Assembly (NCBI GenBank): GCA_014905635.1
Contig: CM026548.1
Span: forward strand, 744,001-808,000
Direction: 5' to 3'
Source of the DNA: Scenedesmus sp. PABB004
Taxonomy: Eukaryota
Length of the DNA stretch: 64,000 nucleotides
In this document: piece after piece, positions 48,998-60,685 of the stretch
Numbering within the stretch: the first letter of the stretch is position 1
How the letters are laid out: every line of letters starts with the position of its first letter
Notes under the pieces: model-generated
Seen by the model: the letters and a program-made list of their open reading frames with translations, nothing else
Told to the model about the DNA's origin: nothing
The model's database searches: none
Program-made: the position numbers and the translations under genes

Positions 48998-49063
48998 GCG
49001 CGCAAGCACACGCCCGTGCCCCGTGCGCCGCGCACAGCACAGCACGCACAGCACGCCGCTCGC

Positions 49064-52004
49064 TCACAGCTCCACGGGCGCGAAGCTGTCGTCGCGGTGG
49101 TCCTGCCAGTCGAGCAGGTCCATCTCCATGAACGTCGCCAGCGCGGCGGTCGCGGCGGCGACGTCGCGGGGGTCGGCGTGCTCCGCGGGGTTGTGGCTCA
49201 CGCCGCCGGCGCAGCGCACAAAGGCCATGGCGATCGGGGCGATGTCGGCGATCGCCATCGCGTCGTGCCCCGCGCCCGACAGCAGCACGGGGACCTCCGA
49301 CTGCAGCGACGTGAACGCAGCGCCGCCGCCGCCGCCGGCGGCCGCCGCCGCGGCCGCGCACTGCCCGCTGCCCGCGGCCGCGCCGCCCGCGCCGCAGGTC
49401 GCCGCCGTCGCCGCGCCGCGCTGCGCCGCGCCCGCGCCGCCGGCGTCGAGCACGCGCGCGATCATCGGCTGCGCTGTCAGCACCGCCGCCTGCAGCTTGG
49501 ACACCAGCTGCGGGTCGCTGTGCACCTGCGGCGCAGCGCAGCGCGCGGCGAGGCGTGCGCTCGGCGGCGCACCGCACCGCAGGACCCAGCGCCGCCCCGC
49601 GCCGCGCGTCCACCCTGCCCCGCGTCGCCCACCCCGCGCCGCGCGCGCGCGTGCGCGCACCGGCCGCGCGTCGTGCGTGCGCGACACGGTGCAGTTGAGC
49701 CCGCGCGCCGCGCACACGCCGGCGACGCGCGCCTCGATGAGGGCGATGACCTCCTGCCGGAACTCCTGGCGCCGCGTGCGCACGTCGACGGTGAAGTTGA
49801 CCCACTTGGGGATGATGTTGACCTGCGGCGCGGCGGTTCGACCGGTTTGACCGCCGGTTTGACCGCCGGTTTGACCGCATTGGCCGTTGGCTACCAGCGC
49901 GGCGAGGAGGGCGCGCGGCCAGCAGGGGCGCGGGCCGGCGGCGTGCCCCAGGGCGATCCCCGGCGCGGCGCCCGGGCGCGCGGCGCGCCTGGTTGGGGTG
50001 CACGCGCACGCTGCCGACCGTGCACATGAGCGACTCGCCCTCCACGTCGACGCCGCCGTGGTCGTCGCGCGCGCCGAGGCAGGTCCCCTCCACCGCGCTG
50101 ATCGCCTGCGCCGCCGCCGCCATGGGGTCCTTCCGCAGCACCATCGGCACCGTGCCTGCGGCGCGGCGCGGCCCCCAGTGACGCAGCGGCGGCGCTCGGG
50201 GGGCGCGGCGCCCGGCCGGGCCGCGCAGGTCGCACAGGCCGCGCCGCGCGGCCGCGCCGCGGTGGCCGCACCGCCGTGGTTCTGCTGCCCCTCCACGCTC
50301 ACGCTCAGCCACGTCTGGCCCGCGATGCCGCTGACCACCCCGAGCGGCACGCCCGCGGCCTCGAGCTGCGGGCCCTGCTCGATGTGCACCTCCACGTAGT
50401 GCCGCACGCTCTTGGGCGTCAGCGCCAGCGCCGCGACCGCCTCGGCGGGGTCGCGCACGCCGCTCGCGCGCAGCACCTCCTCAAACGTCGCGCCGTCGGG
50501 CCCCGTCGCGCGCAGCTGGTTGTGTCGGATGAGCGTGCCGGCGAGCGCGCGGCTGCCGAGGAACGTCGACCTATGCGGCGTGCGGCCGCGGCGGCGGCGT
50601 GCGGTGGTGGACGTGGCGGCGTGGGCTGCCGTGCGCGACCAAGTGTGCAGCAGCATTGAGCGGGGGCGGCGGCGCCGCCGCGCTGGTGCCGGCCCCGCGG
50701 CGGCGGCGTTGCGGCGCGCTCACTTGAAGCGAATGCCCTCCTCATCGCAGAACCCCACGACGCGCACCGAGCCGGGGAGCAGGCCCTTGACGGCGCGCGC
50801 GGGCAGGTCGATGTCCTCGCCTGATTGTTCAGGGGCGCAGGCGGCGCGTGGGCGGGCGGGCGGGCAGCTCGGGGAGGGCAGGGCACGGCAGGGTGGGAAC
50901 GGCGGCGGCGGCCGCGGCGCGGCGGGGCGCGGCCGCGGGCTGTGGGCTGCGGGCCGCCCGCGCGCGCGCCGCCGCTGAGGGCCGCGCCGCACCCGGCTCG
51001 ACGTTGTCGATCGCCCACTGCAGGTTGGCGAGCTTGCCCGCGCGCTGCAGCGCCTCCAGTAGCACCGCCTTGACCGCGCTGATGCCCAGCAGCACGCCCA
51101 GCGCGCCGTCAAACCTGCGCGCCGGCGGGCGCGTCCGGTGCGCGCTCGCGTGACGGCGGCGCGCGCGCGTGCGCGCGCGCCCCTGCGCCCGCTCTCTCCG
51201 CTGCCGCCGGGGCGCCGCTCCCCGGGCCCTGGGCCGGCGCCGCGCGCCCCGCGCCAACCCCAAGCCCTAAACCCCCCTCCCTAAACCCCCGCGCCGCCGC
51301 GTGGGCTCACTTGCCGCCGTCGACGACCGTGTCGTAGTGGCTGCCCACGAGCAGCTCGCCGAGCTCCGGGTTAGAGCCCTCGACCACGCCGTGCACGTTG
51401 CCCATGACGTCGATGTGCGCCGTCATGCCCGCCTGCTCCATCCAGCGCAGGATCTGGGAGCGACGGGGCGACGGAGCGGCCGTGAACCGCGGCGGGCGGC
51501 GGCGCGCTGCCGGCGGTGCCGCGGCGGCGTGGCCGTGCAGTGTCGGCGCGGCACGCCCGGGCGCGCACCTTTTGGGCGGCCTTTTTGTGCGCGTCGCTGA
51601 AATAGGTGCGTGTGAGCACCTCGTGGCTCTCCGACACCTGCCGGCGGCGGCAACGCGCACGTGCGGCGGCGGCGGCGCGTGTGGGCGCCCGCGGGGCAGC
51701 GGGCGAAGCCGGTCGCCGGCGGCGCGCGGCCGCGCGCGTGCGCCGCACCTCGCCCAGCTGCTGCAGGTGGCGGTTGGGCTCCACGTCCAGCACCTGCTTC
51801 CACACGTGCTCCGGCAGGCCTGCGCGGGCGCCGCCGCACGTGAGCGCAGGGGGCGCGGGGCGCGGGCAGCCCGCTGCCCGCGCGCGCCTCACCGCTGGTG
51901 CTCAGCGCGCCGCATCGCGCCGCCAGGCCGACGCCCAGCAGCGCCACGACCAGCGCCAGCGCCGGGGACCCGCCGGCGCGCCGGCGGCGGCGCTGCAGCA
52001 CCAT
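49064..52004 (-). CDS. AAH: allantoate amidohydrolase (allantoate deiminase, M20 family) with N-terminal hydrophobic signal/anchor
   Basis: LTRTYFS, DVMGNVHG, LLVGSHYDTVVDGGKFDGALG, GFCDEEGIRFKSTFLGS, YVEVHIEQGP, GQQNHGGTVPM..RKDPM, SGAGHDAMA, GGVSHNPAEH. Confidence 0.92.
49839..49878. repeat. 12-bp minisatellite (GGTTTGACCGCC)x3 in an AAH intron
   Basis: ccggtttgaccgccggtttgaccgccggtttgaccgc read directly. Confidence 0.85.
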
Positions 52005-52504
52005 GTGGCGCGCCGCCGCTGCTGCTGCTGCTCTGGCGTGCAATCGGCGCGCGAGCGTGACGCTCTGGGCAGCGCAAAAGTATCTCACTGACACAGGCTG
52101 TCTACAGGAGTGGGGGCGCGGGCCGCGGCGCGCCGTAGCCGCGGGCAGGCGCGCGGACACGATGGCCAGGGCTCACCGATGACCCGCTGTCATTCGAGCA
52201 CCTGCGTTCGCTCGATCGACGGCGCCACCACGCCGACGACGACGCGCCAGCGCAGCGCGCCAGGCTCTCTCCCTCTCTGCACGCGCGCCCGAGGCCGGCT
52301 CCGAGAGCAGTCGCGCAGCACGCTCGCCGTGCGCTGCCAGGTGGCCCCGACATCGCCGATCGGCGCGTCTGACTCGGCGGCGCGGCCGCCGGCGCCTCGG
52401 GCGATCAGCAGCGGCGGCGGCGGCGCCGCGGCAGCAGCAGCAGCGCCCGCCGCGGCGCGGCGGCGCGGGCGCGGCGGGCCGGCGCCGGCGCCGGCGCGGC
52501 GCCA

Positions 52505-54981
52505 ATGGACAAGCAGCAGCCGGCCCCGCCGCCGGCGCAGCAGGCCCCGCCGCCGGCGCTCTCGCTGTCGACCGCGGCGCAGCAGCAGCAGTCGCAGCGC
52601 GCGGCGCCGCCGACGCACCGGCCGCTCACGCACAACCCGCCGAGCCCCACGGCCGGCACCCGGGCCCCGTGGGCGCAGAGCCCCGCCACGGGCAGCCCCT
52701 TCCCGCAGCTCGCGCGGCCGGCGGACAACGCGGTCGGCGTGATCAGCGGCGCGCCGACGGCGGACCGCATGAGCCCGACCGCGGCGCCGTGGGTCGCCGC
52801 GCCGGCGATGGGCCCGCCCAGCAGCCAGCTCATCACGGGCCGCCCCGTGCAGGGTGCGCCGGCCGCGTGCCTGCGCCGCGCGCCACGCGCCGCGCGCCAC
52901 GCGCCGCGCGCGCGCCGCCGCGCGCGCGCCGCCGTCCCAGCCCCGCCCCCGCCCGCCGCCGCCGCGCCGCAGGCGTGATCCAGGCGGAGCCGCGCATGCC
53001 GGACCGCGCGGGCGGGCCGTTCCGCGCGCCGACCAAGGCGATCCAGGACGCGGAGGGCCTGAAGGCCTTTCTCGCCGGCAGCAGCGCGCGGGCCTTTGTC
53101 GGATTCATACTGTCCCTCAGCGAGGCGGTCGCGGGTGAGAGGGCAGGCGCGCACGGCAGGCACGCGCGGCAGGCGGCAGTGGGGCACGGCAGCAGGGCAC
53201 GGCGGGCTCTCCCTCAGCGAGGCCGGCGTTGGGCAGGCAGCGCGCGTGCAGGCGGCGCGCGGTGCACGGCGGCGGCAGCCGGCTCACTCCGCCGCCCGCC
53301 GCGCCCGCCGCGCGGGGTCGTCGCTCCGCAGGCACGAAGCTGACGCAGGCGTTTGAGCTGCCGCGCCCGCTGGCGGCGCTCAAGGGCATGCTGGACGAGC
53401 TGTGGGGCCTCGTCGACGCGACGCCGCCGGTGGCGCAGAGCCTGCGCTACGGCAACCCCGCGTTCCGCACCTGGCACGCCGCGATGGCCGAGGCCGCGCC
53501 CGGCATGATGGCGACGGTGCGGCGCAATCCTGCCCGCGCGCCTGCGCGCGCGCCGCCGCCGCCCGCGTCGACCGGCCGCCGCCGAGCGTGCGCCGCCGCC
53601 GAGCGCGCGCCGCCGCGGCCGCCGCGCGCGCGCCGCAGCTGCTGCCGCCGGAGCTGTCCGGCGCGGCGGTCGAGCTGCTGCCGTACTGGCTCGAGTCGTT
53701 CGGCAATTCCACGCGCATCGACTACGGCACGGGGCACGAGACCAACTTTGCCGCGCTGCTCTACTGCCTCGCCGCGCTCGGCCTCGTCGGCCCGGCCGAC
53801 CGCGCGGCGCTCGTGTGCGTCGTGTTCAACCGGTGCGCGCGCGCGCGCGGGAGCCACCGCGGGAGCCACCGCGCATGCCGCCCCACGCCGCGCCGCCCGC
53901 CGCGGAGGCCGCCCCGCGCGGCGGCGGCCTGCGTCGCCCTGAGCCCCGCCCCGCGCGCGCTCGCGTCTGCCGCCCGCCGCCGTCGCGCCGCCAGGTACCT
54001 GGAGCTGATGCGGCACGTGCAGACCACATACTGGCTCGAGCCCGCGGGTGCGGCGGCCGCCGCGCCCACGCCCCACGCGCGCGCCCTGCCTGCGGCCCGG
54101 CGCGCGCGCGTGCGTGGCGGGCGCGCATTTTGCGTGGGTGGTGTGTGCCCGTGATCGACCGTTCGCGCGCACGCGCTTTCCACGCAAAATGCGCGCCCGC
54201 GTGCGCACCGCGCCCACGCCCACGCTCGGCGGCGCGCGCGCCGCCGCGCCCGCGCGCTCACGCCAGCACACACAACGCGCGCGCGCCCGCCGACACGCAC
54301 GCACGCACGCACCGCGCGTCCAGGCAGCCACGGCGTGTGGGGCCTGGACGACTACCAGTTCCTGCCCTTTGTCTGGGGCGCCGCGCAGCTCGCGGGGCAC
54401 CCGGTCATTCGCCCCAAGTCGATCCACAACGCCGAGCTGCTCGCCGCGGGCGCGCCCGACTACATGTACCTCGCGGCGGTGCAGTTTGTCAAGACGGCGC
54501 GTCGCTGCGCGCGGCGCGGGCCGCGGCGGGGCGGGCGCGGCGCGGCACTGGCCGGGAGCGGGGCGCGGCCGGGAGCGGGATGCGCGCCGGGCCGGCGCAT
54601 TCCCGCCGCGCCGCCGACCGGCCCGCCCGCCGCGGCGTGCGGCGCGGCGCGCAGGTCAAGAAGGGCGCGCTGGCCGAGACGAGCCCGATGCTCGACGACG
54701 TGAGCAGCGTGCCGGGGTGGGCCAAGGTCGCGGGCGGCATGGTCAAGATGTACCAGGTGCGCACCAGAGGCCCCCGCCGGGCGCGCGCTTGGCCGCGCAC
54801 CCGGCCGGCCGCCAGCCTCCGAGCGCGGGCGCGCGAGCTCGACGGCGCGGCGCGTGAGCGGGCGCGCCGCTGCCGTGCTGGGCGCCGGCGCCGCGTGCTG
54901 CCGCCGCCGCAGGTGGAGGTGCTGAGCAAATTCCCCATCATGCAGCACTTTCTGTTCGGCAGCCTGCTGCCGCTCGCGTGA
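52505..54981 (+). CDS. PTPA: PP2A activator PTPA (RRD1/PPP2R4 family)
   Basis: [87 protein letters not shown]. Confidence 0.95.
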
Positions 54982-55270
54982 GGGCGGCAGGGCGTCGAGG
55001 CTGCTGCTCGCACGGGCGGTCCGCTCGCGCGAGGCGGGACCGCGGCGCGGGGCCGGTGTTGGCGCGGCGCGGCGCGGGCGCGGCGCGGGCGCGGCGCGGG
55101 CGGCGCGAGCGGGTGAGCGGCAGCTGTGCGCTCGCGCACGGTAACCAGCCGGCGCCCGCCTGGCTGCCAACGCGGCCAAGGCACACACAGGCCCCACGGT
55201 GCTCAGCTGCAGCAGCATCCAACGCCCCCCCCCCCCGCCGGCCTCCCACGCCGGTGCCTTCGAGACGGCG

Positions 55271-55504
55271 CGACCACGCTCAGCTACGCCGGCGTAGCTG
55301 AGTGCGGGTCGCCTGGTTGGCGATGTCGCCATCGATCACGCCACCGACTAGGCGACCACACCCTGGCCTCGCGCAGCGCCGCCGCCCGACGATCGTTGCC
55401 GGGCTCAAGTCGACACAGTGACCGTGTGGCTCAGTGCGTGTCGCCGACCACACCACACTCAGCTACACGGTGCCTGTCGACTTCAAGCCCGGCAACGACT
55501 GTCG
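55271..55504. repeat. cluster of three related inverted repeats/hairpins
   Basis: Perfect 24-bp palindrome CTCAGCTACGCCGGCGTAGCTGAG at 55279-55302; stem 55307-55320 with 55344-55357; imperfect ~50-bp stem at 55387-55504. Confidence 0.85.
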
Positions 55505-57165
55505 ACGACCTCCGGCGCGAGCTGTCCTGCGGGCGCACCGCCGCCTGGACGTGGTCGGCGCCCTCCTGCGCCGTCGGCGCGCTGCTGCCGTGACGGCGGG
55601 GGAGAGCGCCGCCGGCGCCCCGCAGCACCGGCTGGCCTTCGCCGCCGCCGCGAGTGAGCGTCCCGCCTGCCACTCGGCGGGTGAGGCTATCACGCGCGGC
55701 GGCGCCATGCTGCCAACGCCGGGAGCAGCCACTCCCGGGCGGGCGCCACCACGGCGCTGACGGCGCACAGATCAAGCATGCAGAGCGCCGCGCCCACAGG
55801 TGGGCGCGGCAGTCTTTATGCTTGATCGGTGCGCTGTGCACGCGGCGGGCGTGGCGGCGTACGCGCCCGCAATTCACAGGCAGACGTGTACGCCGCCACG
55901 ACGCAGCGCGCCCGGCAGCGCGACAGGCGCGACCACGCGCGCCGGACCGGGGGCGGCGGAGCCCCTGCCCGTGCGCCCCAGGCCTTGCGCGCGGCGTCGC
56001 CCGTGCACGCAGCAGGTGCGGCGCCGGCCTCACCGCCGCCCAGATCCTGGAGCCCACCGGGGCGGCCTGGCCTGAAGTTGTAGCTGTTAGGGTGTGCCGT
56101 AAACCCCAACAGGTACGGCTTCAGGCCCGGCCGCCCCGGCAGACTGATCGCTGCGGTGAAGCCCCTGGCAGTGCGCCGCCGCCGTTGACGCGCATATGAC
56201 CAGCATGCCCAGGTGCTGCACGTCAACGGCGGCGGTGAAGTGCTTCGCGGGCGCGCGGCGGCGCCGCCCGCGCGCGCGGCGCGCGCGTCGCGCGGGCGCC
56301 GCGCACCGCGCAGTTCCCGATGGCAAGGCGCGGGCCGCGCCTTGTCGCCCCGGCAGTCGACAGCATCGGCTGCTTCGGCGACAAGGTGGCGGGCCTGCAC
56401 CTTGCCATCGGTGGCCGCGCTCTCCGGAGGCCCTGCGCGGCGGCGGGCGGCGCGCGCGCGCGCGCGCGGCGGCGCGCGGCGCGCGCGCGCGGCCCGCGCC
56501 TGGCGCGGCCAGGGCCACATGCTGGCACCGCGGAGCCGCCTGGCTGCCGCCTGCTGCGCGCGACCGCGCCTACGGAGCGGGCGGAGAGATGTGCTGCTGC
56601 GTCGCCGCCGCTGCGCTGGCGCTGCACCGATCGGGTTGCACGCCCTGCCATGGGGCGATAAGCAGCCCAGTATTCACGCAAGGCAAGCCCCGCGCCCGCA
56701 GGGCGCCCGGCGGCGTCGGGGGCGGAGGCGGCGTGCGCGGCCACTCGCGCAGCTGCCGCCGCCGCCCAGCCTCTCCTGGCGGGGAGCTGCGCGCGTTGCC
56801 GTGCCGAGGGGGAAGTCGAGGCCCGCGGATCGGGGCGGGGCAGGCAGCCGGGCGCGTGGGCGTGGCAGCAAGAACCGCGCTGTCCCGCCGCCGTCGCGCG
56901 CAGCCACGCCCCTGCCGTCGCAACTGGTGGCTCCGGGCCGCGTCCGGCGGGCGCTGCGCGTGCGTTGCACCGGCAGCCGCCCGGCGCCGCGCGGCGTGCT
57001 TCGTGCAGCACGCGCGCGCGCCCGCCTGCCTAGCCACTCACCGCCCAACCAAGGAAGAACCGAGCGCCCGAGCGCAACGCACTGTGCAGCGTCCCGCCGC
57101 GCCCGCCGCCTGCCTCTCCTCGCTCCGCCGCGTGCCGCGCTGCTAGCTGCCGCTCCGCGCCGCGC

Positions 57166-60100
57166 TCACGCGTCGCCCTCGTCGTCCTCCTCCTCCGCCT
57201 CCTCGAGCCACTTGATGAACGGCTCCATGTCCTGCAAGCAGCAGCCGGCCGCAACCGCGGCGGCGGCGCCTCGGCGCGCGGCCCGCCCCTTGCCGCCGCC
57301 CCACGCCGCCGCCCCGCGCCGCCACCCGCAGAGGCACGACCGCCCCTTGCAGCTGCGCGCCGCCGCGCCTTGAGGAACACGTTGCGGCCCTTGGGGTGGC
57401 TGCCCTTCTTGTGCCAGTGCGTGATCGTGTCCTCGCCGACGAGGTCGGCGTTGTAGAGGAGCTTCACGATGTCGCTGAAGAGCTTCAGCAGCCGCGTGTC
57501 CTCGTAGCACAGCACCTGCACCGGTACACATGCGCGCGCGGGGCGGGGGTCTCAGGTTGAGGGTTTCAGATTTAGGGACGCGCGTGCAAGCCCGCCTGCG
57601 TGGCTGCGGCGGCGGCGCGCCGCGCCGGAGGGCGGCGCCGCGCCGCGCGCCGCGCGCCGCCGCGCCTGCAGCGTGACGAGCAGCGTGAGCTCCAGCTTGG
57701 CGTTGGTGACAAACGTGGCCAGCAGCTTGTGGTACTGCTTGATCTTGGACACCACCGCCTGGCGGGGCGGTGTCATTCGTGCGAGGCGGTGCGCGCGCGC
57801 GTGAGGCCGCGCGCGGAGTCAGCCGCGGCGGCGCCGCTCCGCCGCGGCGGCGCCGCTCCGCCGCGGCCGCCGGCGGGGTCCGCAGCGGCCGGCCCGCCGG
57901 CGCCGCGCCGCGCCGTGCCGCGCCGCGCCGCGCCGCCGGCGCTGGTGCTGGCGGCCCAGCCGTCTGGTGTGCGCCAGCACCAACGCCGGCGGCGCGGCAG
58001 CGGCGCCCGACGCCCGTCAAGAACTCCTCGAGCCCTGGCGCCGCCACCGCCCGCGTCGCTGCCGCACCTGCAGGATCTGGCTCTGGTTCTTGCCGGTCAT
58101 GTTGATCGACTTGAACATGCACACCCAGATCACACGCACGACGTCAGCGTCGGGCAGCGACTGCGCGCGCGCGACCGTGGCGCGCACGCGGCGGCGAGGC
58201 GAGGGGCGGGCGCGGGGCGGCGGCGGCAGCGTGAGCGCGCGCGGGGCAGGCAGGCATTGCCGGTGAGGGGGGGGGGGCGCTGATGATGATGTTCCGTCCG
58301 AGTATAACTCCCGCGCAACGGCCGGCTGCGCGGCAGCTAAGTTTGCGGGCGGGCGGTGCTCTGGCACACGTTCAATTCCACTGCCGGGGCACTGAGCCCG
58401 CCCCGCAGCTGCAGACGCTGTGCGTGTCGGCCGGCTGCGTGCGGGGGCCGATGCGCGGCTGCCGCCGCCGCTGCTGCCGGCGCCGCTGCCGCTGCTGCCG
58501 CCGCTGCCGGCGCCGCCAGCGCCGCCGCACCTGCTCCGCCTTGCGCGCCTTGACGTACGCGATGACGTCGGGCAGCGGGTGCGGCGGGTCGGCGGCCATC
58601 ATGCCCGACAGGCCCTCCTGCAGCTCCGCGACCTGTGCGGCGGGCCCAGGACGGCGCGCGCGGCGGAGGGTGGGCGCACGGGCCCCCTGCGGCACCGCTG
58701 CCGCTTGGCGCTGCCGCTCCCGCCGCCCCTGCCCGCTGCCGCCGCTGCCGCTCGCTGCAGCCGCTCCTGCTGCTGCTGCTGTCGCTGCCGCTCCCGCTGC
58801 TGCTGCTGCCAGTGCTCCTCCTGCCTCCCCCCCCCCCCGCCGCAGCTGCCGCCGCCGCGGGGCGCACCTTGATGTCGATCTCCCGCCGCGTGTTCCACTC
58901 CACCAGCGGCCCGAGGCCCGCCTCGCTGCGGCGACGCGAAGCGCAGCGGCGGCGGCGGCGGCGCGCGTCGGCGGCGGCCTCTCCCCCGCAGCGAGCCCCT
59001 CCGCCCGCCCGCGCAGCCACTCGGAGCACTCAAGCAGGAGTGCCCGCGCGCTCACTTGAAGTGCGCGGCAAAGGCCTCCATGCTGCGCTTGCTGGGCGGC
59101 ATGATCTCCAGCAGGCGGTTGACGACGCGGCCCTTGCTCAGCAGCGTGACCAGGTCGTCCAGCGGCTCCTTGGCCAGGTACACCTGGCGCGCGCGCAGGG
59201 CGGGGACAGAGGACCGGGTGAGCCTGGGGCGCGGCGCGTGCCAGGCGGGCGCGGCGCGCGCGCGGGGCCGCGCAGCTGCAGCGCGCGGGGCCGCCCGCGG
59301 CGGCGCGGCGGCGCGGCGCGCCTGGAAGAAGGTGGTTGTGAAGCTCAGCACGCTGCCCTTGGCGACGAGGCGGTCGTTGAGCAGCGTCTGCAGCACGTTC
59401 TCCGGCAGCGCGAGCTTGTGGCTGAACACCATCGCCGCCGCTGCGCGCGGGCACACGGGCGGGCGTGCGGGCGCGTGCGGGGTGAGGCGGAAGGCCTCGC
59501 CGCGCGCCGCATTCCCGCGCGCCGCGCCGCGCCCGCCGCCGCCGCGCACTCGTCGCTATCTTCTTGCGCCCGGGCTCGTCATAAAACTCGAGGCTCAGGA
59601 TGAACTTGTTCAGCGTCGCCTCCAGGCCCTTCACCAGGAACGGCCGGCGCCTGGCGCGGCGCGGCGCGGCGCGGCGCGGGCGCGGGCGCGGGCGGGCGTG
59701 GGCGGCGGCAACCGCTGGCAGTTGCGGCCGCGGCGGCGGCCGCATGGGCGCGGGCGGGGCGGCGCGGCGCGCGCAGCGCGGGGCATGCGGCCGCGGCGCG
59801 GCGCACCTGATGAGGGACTGGAAGACCTTGATGTACGGCAGCAGCGCCTCGGGCGTGGGCTCCGCCGCGAGCACCTGGCGGCCGCGCAGCGGCAGCAGCA
59901 GCGGCGGCGCGCGTCGGCGCGCCGCGCGGCGGCCCGCCGGCCCGCCCGCCCGGCGCGCCGGCGCGCCCGCTGCCGGGGCGCGTCCCCCGCGCCGCACGTT
60001 GGTGGCGAGCTTGTCTTTCTGGTCGTCCGCGAGGTTGCCGCCCGTGGAGAGGCGGCCGCCGGCGAAGAGCACCTCGAACAGCGTGTCCGCATAGCGGCTG

Positions 60101-60383
60101 AAGTCGAGGTCGGCCGAGTCCAGCACCTTGACGCCCGCCTCGAGGTCCTTCTCTATGGACGCGCCATCGGCCGCGTCCTGCGGCGGCGCCACGGCCCGCG
60201 CGCCGCCCGCGTCGGCCGCACGCTCTGGCGCGCCGCCGGGACCGTCCGGGTCGCGCGCCGCACCTGGAAGATCTGCACGATGGCGGTGGCAAACGAGCCC
60301 GGATCGGCGGGGACGACGATGTTGCGCTTGCGCGTCCTCACATTCACTCCGGCTAGCGTGGGGCGCTCCTCCTTGGATGTCAT
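57166..60383 (-). CDS. BZW: basic leucine zipper and W2 domain protein (eIF5-mimic, 5MP/BZW)
   Basis: MTSKEERPTLAGVNVRTRKRNI, LDFSRYADTLFEVLFAGG, RRPFLVKGLE, CYEDTRLLKLF..LYNADLVGEDTI..W, KGRNVFLKDMEPFIKWLEEAEEE (W2 AA-boxes). Confidence 0.95.
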
Positions 60384-60685
60384 GCGTGTCGCGGTCTCGC
60401 GGGGCGCGGCGCCGGGCGCGGGCGGCGGCCAAAGGCAGCGGCGGCGGCGGCGGCGGCGGCGGGCTGCTGCCGGACGTCTGGGCGCGCCGGGGCTGGCTGG
60501 CGCGGGGCGGGGCGCGGCGTCACTGCAGGTTAACCTGGCGACTCTGGCGCCGCGCGGCAGCGCCCAGCGGTGCAGCCCCGCCGCCTCGCGCAGTCGTCAG
60601 CGCGGTTCTGCTGCAGAGCCGCCGCGGCGCGGCGGAGGCCGCGTCCACCGCCGGTGCCGCGGCCGGCATGATGTCACAGCCAGCA

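Noticed and set aside
55300..55355. Helitron 3' end (hairpin plus CTAG)
   Set aside because: The CTAG lies within a stem arm and is followed by G, not T. No 5' TC end or Rep/Hel coding sequence is visible.
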